A DNA stretch of 40,238 nt, taken from NCBI GenBank assembly GCA_030753015.1, contig JASMDC010000032.1, positions 1 through 40,238 of the forward strand, read 5' to 3'. The notes beneath the pieces were generated by a model. It ran no database searches and was not told the DNA's origin. It was given only the letters and a program-made list of their open reading frames with translations. Positions 35,334 through 40,238 of the stretch are shown one piece after another. This DNA comes from Candidatus Undinarchaeales archaeon. Its GTDB lineage: Archaea > SpSt-1190 > JASMDC01. A program made the translations under genes and the position numbers. The number at the start of each line of letters is the position of its first letter. The stretch's first letter is position 1.

Positions 35334-35480
35334 CTACGCAATCGTACCGGGTCTCACGGATAGGTCGATGGTGAACGACCTGTACAGCTTCGCGTTCCAG
35401 GTGAGGACGCTCTCCCCATAATCTCGGGTCCCCGAGCATCTCCCCGTGAACTCAAAGGCACCATGGAGCACGAGGTCCAT
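35334..35480 (-). other. Possible 48-aa ORF or gene remnant between the acs copies
   Basis: MDLVLHGAFEFTGRCSGTRDYGESVLTWNAKLYRSFTIDLSVRPGTIA*, with host-like GC3 codons. The frame stays open a further ~18 codons upstream to a TAG. Confidence 0.25.
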
Positions 35481-35566
35481 GATCTCTTGAAAGGTATCTT
35501 TCGCGGGATCGGGGACCGGAACGTCCCGTCGCCACTAATTACGACGATACACCCTGAAAGATAGGC

Positions 35567-35596
35567 GGAAGGGCCCGGACTCACCCGAACCCTTCC
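35567..35596 (-). terminator. Hairpin downstream of acs copy 2
   Basis: Minus strand GGAAGGGUUCGG-GUGAGU-CCGGGCCCUUCC, a 12-bp stem with G-U pairs, about 20 nt after the stop. Confidence 0.6.
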
Positions 35597-35615
35597 GATA
35601 GAGCTTGCTGTCCTA

Positions 35616-37604
35616 CTACTTACACTTCTCTGCGAGGAGGTACTCCTTGAGAAGGCGGTCGACAACGCTCGGGTCTGCGAGTGTTGAGGTGTCGCCCACG
35701 TTCTCGTGCCCCTCGGCCACGGCCTTGAGTATCCGCCGCATGATCTTGCCTGAGCGGGTCTTGGGCAGAGCATCGGCGAAGTGGATGCACTCGGGCGTGG
35801 CTATGGGGCCCATGGCCTTCCTTACCTCCTTCACGAGTTCCTTCTTGAGGTCGTCAGATGTATCGACGCCGGTCTTGACGGTCACGTACGCATAGATACC
35901 TTCGCCCTTGATATCGTGGGGGATGGGCACAACAGCGGCCTCGGCCACACTGGTGTGGCCCACCAAGGCCGACTCCACCTCGGCGGTACCGATGCGGTGG
36001 CCGGACACGTTCATCACGTCGTCCACACGGCCCATGATCCAGAAGTATCCGTCCTCGTCGAACCGGGCACCGTCTCCGCTGAAGTAGACACCGTCGAACC
36101 TGGACCAGTAGGTATCCTTGAACCGCTGGTGGTCCCCGTACAAGGTCCGCATCAGACCGGGCCACGGCTTCTTGATCACAAGGTAGCCGCCCTCGTTGGC
36201 CTTCGCTTCGGTGCCATCCTCCTTGAGGATGGCGGGTTCGATGCCGAAGAAGGGCATGATACACGAGCCGGGCTTGGTGGGGTGAGCACCGGGGAGCGGG
36301 GTGAGGAGCACGCCGCCGGTCTCGGTCTGCCACCAAGTGTCCACGATGGGGCACTTCTCTCCCCCGATCACCTTGTGGTACCACATCCATGCCTCGGGAT
36401 TGATGGGTTCGCCAACGGTCCCCAGGAGGCGCAGGGAAGAGAGGTCGTGACGTTCTGGCCATGCCTCACCGGACTTGATGAGGGCGCGGATGGCAGTAGG
36501 GGCTGTGTAGAATATGTTCACTCCGAATTTCTCCACAATCTTCCAAAACCGGTCGGGAGCGGGGTAAGTGGGCACTCCCTCGAACATGACGCTCGTAGCG
36601 CCGGCGCAGAGAGGACCGTAGAGGATGTAGGAGTGACCCGTTATCCACCCGATATCGGCAGTGCACCAGTAGGTGTCATCGTCCTGGTGGTCGAAGATGT
36701 AGTTGAAGGTCGTCGTGGTGTAGAGCATGTAGCCGCCAATCGTGTGCAGCACGCCCTTGGGCTTGCCCGTGCTCCCCGATGTGTAGAGGATGAAAAGCGG
36801 GTCCTCCGCGTCCATCTTCTCGGCGGGACATTCGGGCGAAGCGTTCTTCATGAGATGGTGATAGTAGTGGTCCCTGCCCTCCACCATATTAACATCCATC
36901 TTCCTGAGGCGCTTGACAACGACGACGTTATCGATGGTCGGACACTCGGCAACGGCCTCGTCCGCTTTGTCCTTGGACATGATCGTCTTACCGGCCCGGT
37001 AGTAGCCGTTGGAGCAGATTAGGAGCTTGCAACCGCTGTCGTTGATCCGGTCCCGAAGGGCGTTGGCAGAGAAGCCGCCGAAAACAACGGAGTGGACGGC
37101 GCCGATGCGGGCGCAGGCCAGCATGACCACGGGGAGCTCGATGATCATGGGCATGTAGATGGCAACGCGGTCGCCCTTCTTCACGCCCAGGCTCTTTAGC
37201 ACGTTGGCGAACTTGCATACCTCCTGGTGGAGCTTCCAGTAGGTATAGGTGTGCGTCTCGCCCTCGGGCTCGCCCTGCCAGATGAGAGCTGCCTTGTTCT
37301 TGCGCCAACCGGAAAGGTGCTTGTCGAGGCAGTTGGAGGAGGCGTTGAGCTTACCACCCTTGAACCAGCTGAACGTAGACTCCTTCTTGTCCCACTCGAA
37401 CACCTTGTCCCAGCCAGTACTGAACCAGGCGAGGTTCTCCTTGGCCTGTTTCTCCCAGAAGGCCTCGGGGTCCTTGATCGACTCGTCGTAGAGCTTCTTG
37501 TACTCTTCGAGGTTCTTGATGTGTGCCCGCTCAAGGAACTTCTTGGGCGGCAGGAACTTGCGCTTCTCGTCCATCATCGAGGTTATACTATTTGCATTAG
37601 CCAT
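35616..37604 (-). CDS. acs: Acetyl-CoA synthetase (AMP-forming), copy 2
   Basis: Same length (1,989 nt) and motifs as copy 1. ATG 37604 follows GGGTGA. Confidence 0.97.
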   Translation of the reverse strand: MANANSITSMMDEKRKFLPPKKFLERAHIKNLEEYKKLYDESIKDPEAFWEKQAKENLAWFSTGWDKVFEWDKKESTFSWFKGGKLNASSNCLDKHLSGWRKNKAALIWQGEPEGETHTYTYWKLHQEVCKFANVLKSLGVKKGDRVAIYMPMIIELPVVMLACARIGAVHSVVFGGFSANALRDRINDSGCKLLICSNGYYRAGKTIMSKDKADEAVAECPTIDNVVVVKRLRKMDVNMVEGRDHYYHHLMKNASPECPAEKMDAEDPLFILYTSGSTGKPKGVLHTIGGYMLYTTTTFNYIFDHQDDDTYWCTADIGWITGHSYILYGPLCAGATSVMFEGVPTYPAPDRFWKIVEKFGVNIFYTAPTAIRALIKSGEAWPERHDLSSLRLLGTVGEPINPEAWMWYHKVIGGEKCPIVDTWWQTETGGVLLTPLPGAHPTKPGSCIMPFFGIEPAILKEDGTEAKANEGGYLVIKKPWPGLMRTLYGDHQRFKDTYWSRFDGVYFSGDGARFDEDGYFWIMGRVDDVMNVSGHRIGTAEVESALVGHTSVAEAAVVPIPHDIKGEGIYAYVTVKTGVDTSDDLKKELVKEVRKAMGPIATPECIHFADALPKTRSGKIMRRILKAVAEGHENVGDTSTLADPSVVDRLLKEYLLAEKCK

Positions 37605-37695
37605 CGGAAGATCACCCTTTGGGCTCATTTACCATGCGACATGGAATGCGGATGTTATATCCGTCCTTTCCACGGCGTCCCATTCTTGGTTTGAG

Positions 37696-37712
37696 CCTTA
37701 AAAGTCTTTTGG
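37696..37712 (-). promoter_or_regulatory. BRE-TATA promoter of acs copy 2
   Basis: Minus strand CAAAAAGACTTTTAAGG, 92 nt upstream of the ATG. Confidence 0.6.
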
Positions 37713-37811
37713 TTAGAATCGATTCCCGTGTCGTGTTTTAACACGGCAGGGGACGCCCGACAATGAGCCAAGACGTATAAAATGTATGAGGCATTACCAT
37801 CCTACGGAAAG

Positions 37812-38486
37812 ATGGGACAATATACAGTCATAACCTTGGTCTTCGTCCTTCTCCTTGTCCCAGCCATTCCTTTCGATGCGGTCAACGTCGTTCTAGATCC
37901 TTCCGCGTATTCAATATGCGCCGGAGAGAGCGTCACCCTCAATCTCACTATAGAGAATCCAACAAACGACCAGCAGCTCTACGTGTTCGAGGTCGTGGAC
38001 GAGACGTTCGGATCCGTGTTCGAGGCCCCCGATCCCGAGAAACGGTCCCTGGGCCGCGGCATGTCGATGTCCACCGACCTCAATGTCCGTGTCCGCCCGG
38101 ACGCTCCGGTAGGGACACATACCCTCGTGGTACGTGCCTCGTTATCGATCGATCCGAACCAGGCCAGTACTACCGAGGGATCGATCACGATCAAGGAATG
38201 CGAGGGATCGACCGGGATAAAAGCTGACAGAGATTCATCTAAAAAGACCGGACTCCCGGTTCCACTCGTAGCAGGCGTCGTACTCATCTTCCCACTTCTA
38301 GCAGTCGTGATCCTAATAGCGAGCAGAATGCACCCGCCCGAGCCGGAACCTGTCCCCGTTGTTCAGATGACCGGCCAGGTTCAGGACTACAACGCGTACG
38401 GATATGCAATGCCAGGCTATTATGCGAATTATCAGTACCCAGGTGGATCGTACTACTACAACCGGTACGGCCAGATACAGCAATGA
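37812..38486 (+). CDS. Small membrane-anchored Ig-like protein with Tyr/Gln-rich cytoplasmic tail
   Basis: Signal peptide; Ig-like domain (SICAGESVTLNLTIENP...PDAPVGTHTLVV); TM; tail DYNAYGYAMPGYYANYQYPGGSYYYNRYGQIQQ. ATG 37812 lies about 30 nt after TATAAAA. Confidence 0.82.
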   Translation: MGQYTVITLVFVLLLVPAIPFDAVNVVLDPSAYSICAGESVTLNLTIENPTNDQQLYVFEVVDETFGSVFEAPDPEKRSLGRGMSMSTDLNVRVRPDAPVGTHTLVVRASLSIDPNQASTTEGSITIKECEGSTGIKADRDSSKKTGLPVPLVAGVVLIFPLLAVVILIASRMHPPEPEPVPVVQMTGQVQDYNAYGYAMPGYYANYQYPGGSYYYNRYGQIQQ

Positions 38487-38498
38487 TGAGCTAAGTGC

Positions 38499-40229
38499 TC
38501 AGTGCTTCCGCGTCTTATGATGTTCTTCGTGGTGCTGCGGGGGGTACTGTGGTTGATATTTCTGGGTGTCGTACTGCTCGTTGTGCCCTTGCGCTGAACC
38601 CGCCACGGCCATCCTGTGAAGCTCGTTCGCTGCATTCTTGCCATGCATCTCATTCTGGGCCAGTCGATGGAGCTCTTCCGCCGTGTCAACGTGCCCTTTA
38701 CGTCCCCCGTCCTCGGTCCCGGACTCTGACCCTGGGGGAGGCGGGGGCGGGGGCATCCCGACAGAAGGTTGAACGGTGTGATGCTCCTTGGCGAATATGT
38801 CATGTCCTTCGTCATGGTGATCGTCGAGCACGTCCTTATTTTCGGACCCATTTCCCTCATCTTTCTTACCATTTCTTGAGATGAACCATACACCGATAGT
38901 GCAGAACAGGATGGTCAGGATGATCACGGTGAACGCGATGTCCGAGAACAGTTCGATCCCCGAGAACGCTTCCATCTTAGTCAGGCCATAGCTCGCTGGC
39001 AGTTGCGCGAGGACGGCGGGCGCCAATCCACGCGGCAACATGGTCGTGATGAGCCTGATCTCGTTCTCGAACTCGCTCCGCTTCGTAGAGATGAGCACCG
39101 AGATGTAGCGGACGACGATGATCGCGAGGGAAATGACAAAGCCGAGGATGAAGGGTTTGAGCTCGGTCATCAGGTCCGGCGCGTTCAGGTTCGGAACGCT
39201 GATGAGAACTCCAAGGTACACGAAGAAGAATACCTTGACGAAGAAGGAGATCTCCCGATGGAAGAGCTTGACGTCCTTGTCGATATAGAGCACGTCCTTG
39301 AGCCGGAATATCTTTGCGAACTCGCGCCCATTGCCAAGCACGAGCCCGTACATGAGCACGCCGATCGCACCGGTCCCTTGAAGGATCTCCGTTATAGAAT
39401 AGACGATGAAGATGAGAGAGACGACAAGCAGGTACACGAAGTCGTGGCCTGCGAAGTGCTTGGAAATCACCAGCCACAGGACGCCGAAGAGCAGGCCGAT
39501 CATACCACCGATGGAGAACCCGGACGCCACGTCGTGCGCTGCCTCCATGACGGGTCCCCGGTCCTGGGGCCCGGCCGCCATCGGCTGGACGCTCATGAGC
39601 ATGAAGTTCATGATCGCGATCGCTGTTACCACCGTAAGACCATCAGTGATTGCCGACTCGAGGTTGAGGAGGGTCACGGTCTTCTCCCCCGTCTTCACCT
39701 TGCCCATGAGGGGGATGACGATGGCCGAGCTCGTCCCTCCGAGCATCGCTCCCAAGAGCCCGCCCAGCAGGGGTGGCATGCCCCAGGCATAGAGGACCAG
39801 CGTCACGGCTATGACGGAGAAGATCAGGTTCATGATGGCCAGCAGGGTCGCCCTGGGGATGCCCTCGAGCAGCTCTGCGAACTTGATGTTGAGCCCGCCG
39901 TCGAACAGGATGACGGCGAGCGCCAGCGAGGCGAAGTACGGTGCAAGGCTCTGGAAGATAACGGGATCCACGATGTTCGTTGCCGGGCCGAGGATGACGC
40001 CAACGGCTATGAGGATGAGCGGATCGGGGATCATGGTCGTCTCGAATATAAGGTTCGAGAAGAAGCCGATGATGATGATGCCTCCGAAGATGAGGAAGGC
40101 GATCGGGATGGCCAATGTGCTCGCGCCCTCTGATTCCGATGTTGATACCACCGTCGCGTTGGCATCCTGGCCGACCACGAAGGAGAGGGCGATAAGGAGA
40201 ACGAGGATTGCAGCGATCCTACGGGGCAT
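38499..40229 (-). CDS. CPA1 (NhaP-type) cation/H+ antiporter with N-terminal extension and His-rich C-terminal tail
   Basis: IPD...LI..G.ILGP, ILFDGG, GGTSSAIVIP, LESAITD, FFFVYLG, PRGLAPAVLA; about 13 TM segments. Confidence 0.92.
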   Translation of the reverse strand: MPRRIAAILVLLIALSFVVGQDANATVVSTSESEGASTLAIPIAFLIFGGIIIIGFFSNLIFETTMIPDPLILIAVGVILGPATNIVDPVIFQSLAPYFASLALAVILFDGGLNIKFAELLEGIPRATLLAIMNLIFSVIAVTLVLYAWGMPPLLGGLLGAMLGGTSSAIVIPLMGKVKTGEKTVTLLNLESAITDGLTVVTAIAIMNFMLMSVQPMAAGPQDRGPVMEAAHDVASGFSIGGMIGLLFGVLWLVISKHFAGHDFVYLLVVSLIFIVYSITEILQGTGAIGVLMYGLVLGNGREFAKIFRLKDVLYIDKDVKLFHREISFFVKVFFFVYLGVLISVPNLNAPDLMTELKPFILGFVISLAIIVVRYISVLISTKRSEFENEIRLITTMLPRGLAPAVLAQLPASYGLTKMEAFSGIELFSDIAFTVIILTILFCTIGVWFISRNGKKDEGNGSENKDVLDDHHDEGHDIFAKEHHTVQPSVGMPPPPPPPGSESGTEDGGRKGHVDTAEELHRLAQNEMHGKNAANELHRMAVAGSAQGHNEQYDTQKYQPQYPPQHHEEHHKTRKH

Positions 40230-40238
40230 GGGGTAAGG

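Larger units (their letters stand above)
33104..37604. repeat. Direct repeat: acs tandem duplication (offset 2,512 bp)
   Basis: 33441-34627 and 35953-37139 appear identical by eye, and their alternative-frame ORF translations also match. The gene ends differ by scattered substitutions. Confidence 0.95.

Noticed and set aside
33194-40133. Long plus-strand ORFs 33194-34510, 35781-37022 and 39003-40133
   Set aside because: They lie antisense to acs and the antiporter. They are typical stop-poor shadow frames of high-GC3 genes, with no recognisable motifs.
1-40238. rRNA, tRNA, CRISPR array, transposase/integrase or prophage genes
   Set aside because: None recognised by eye. Intergenic gaps are short and mostly explained by promoters or hairpins. 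A tRNAscan-SE/Infernal run would be needed to exclude small RNAs formally.

Overview
GC-rich (~60% by eye) archaeal chromosomal window. Evidence for Archaea: a group II chaperonin (thermosome), a KaiC/RAD55-like ATPase, an M42/TET peptidase, BRE-TATA promoters and GGTGA-type Shine-Dalgarno sites. The Cys-repeat surface proteins suggest a DPANN-type lineage, but that is inference only. Left third (1-14.2 kb): a cell-surface cluster. It contains a >1,080-aa Cys-rich secreted protein on the minus strand that the ORF track missed because it runs off the window, an Ig/MG2-like membrane-anchored protein, and two tandem paralogous ~1,100-aa membrane-anchored proteins. These paralogs carry an unrecognised disulfide-looped helical-hairpin repeat head (CGPPxxWxC), Ig domains and Pro/Thr stalks. 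They are followed by an overlapping SAMHD1-like HD dNTPase gene and a 10x Cys-repeat protein. 14.2-18.6 kb: a glycosylation module of GT-C, GT2, a His-for-Lys PLP enzyme with a Cys4 cluster (E1/RfbH-type 3-dehydrase-like) and an SDR. 18.6-26.8 kb: a hypothetical protein, a SNAP/TPR-like solenoid and a MoxR-DUF58-VWA-BatD-like operon lying directly behind the thermosome. 27-33 kb: M42 peptidase, PfkB kinase, LmbE deacetylase, KaiC-like ATPase with a polytopic membrane partner, and a class II GATase. 33-37.6 kb: two near-identical tandem acs genes. The window ends with a small Ig protein with a Tyr-rich tail and a CPA1 antiporter. I saw no rRNA, tRNA, CRISPR array or mobile element. The best novelty candidates are the paralogous helical-toroid surface proteins with their cluster, and the lipid-linked deoxysugar pathway. 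All calls were made by eye, without database searches.
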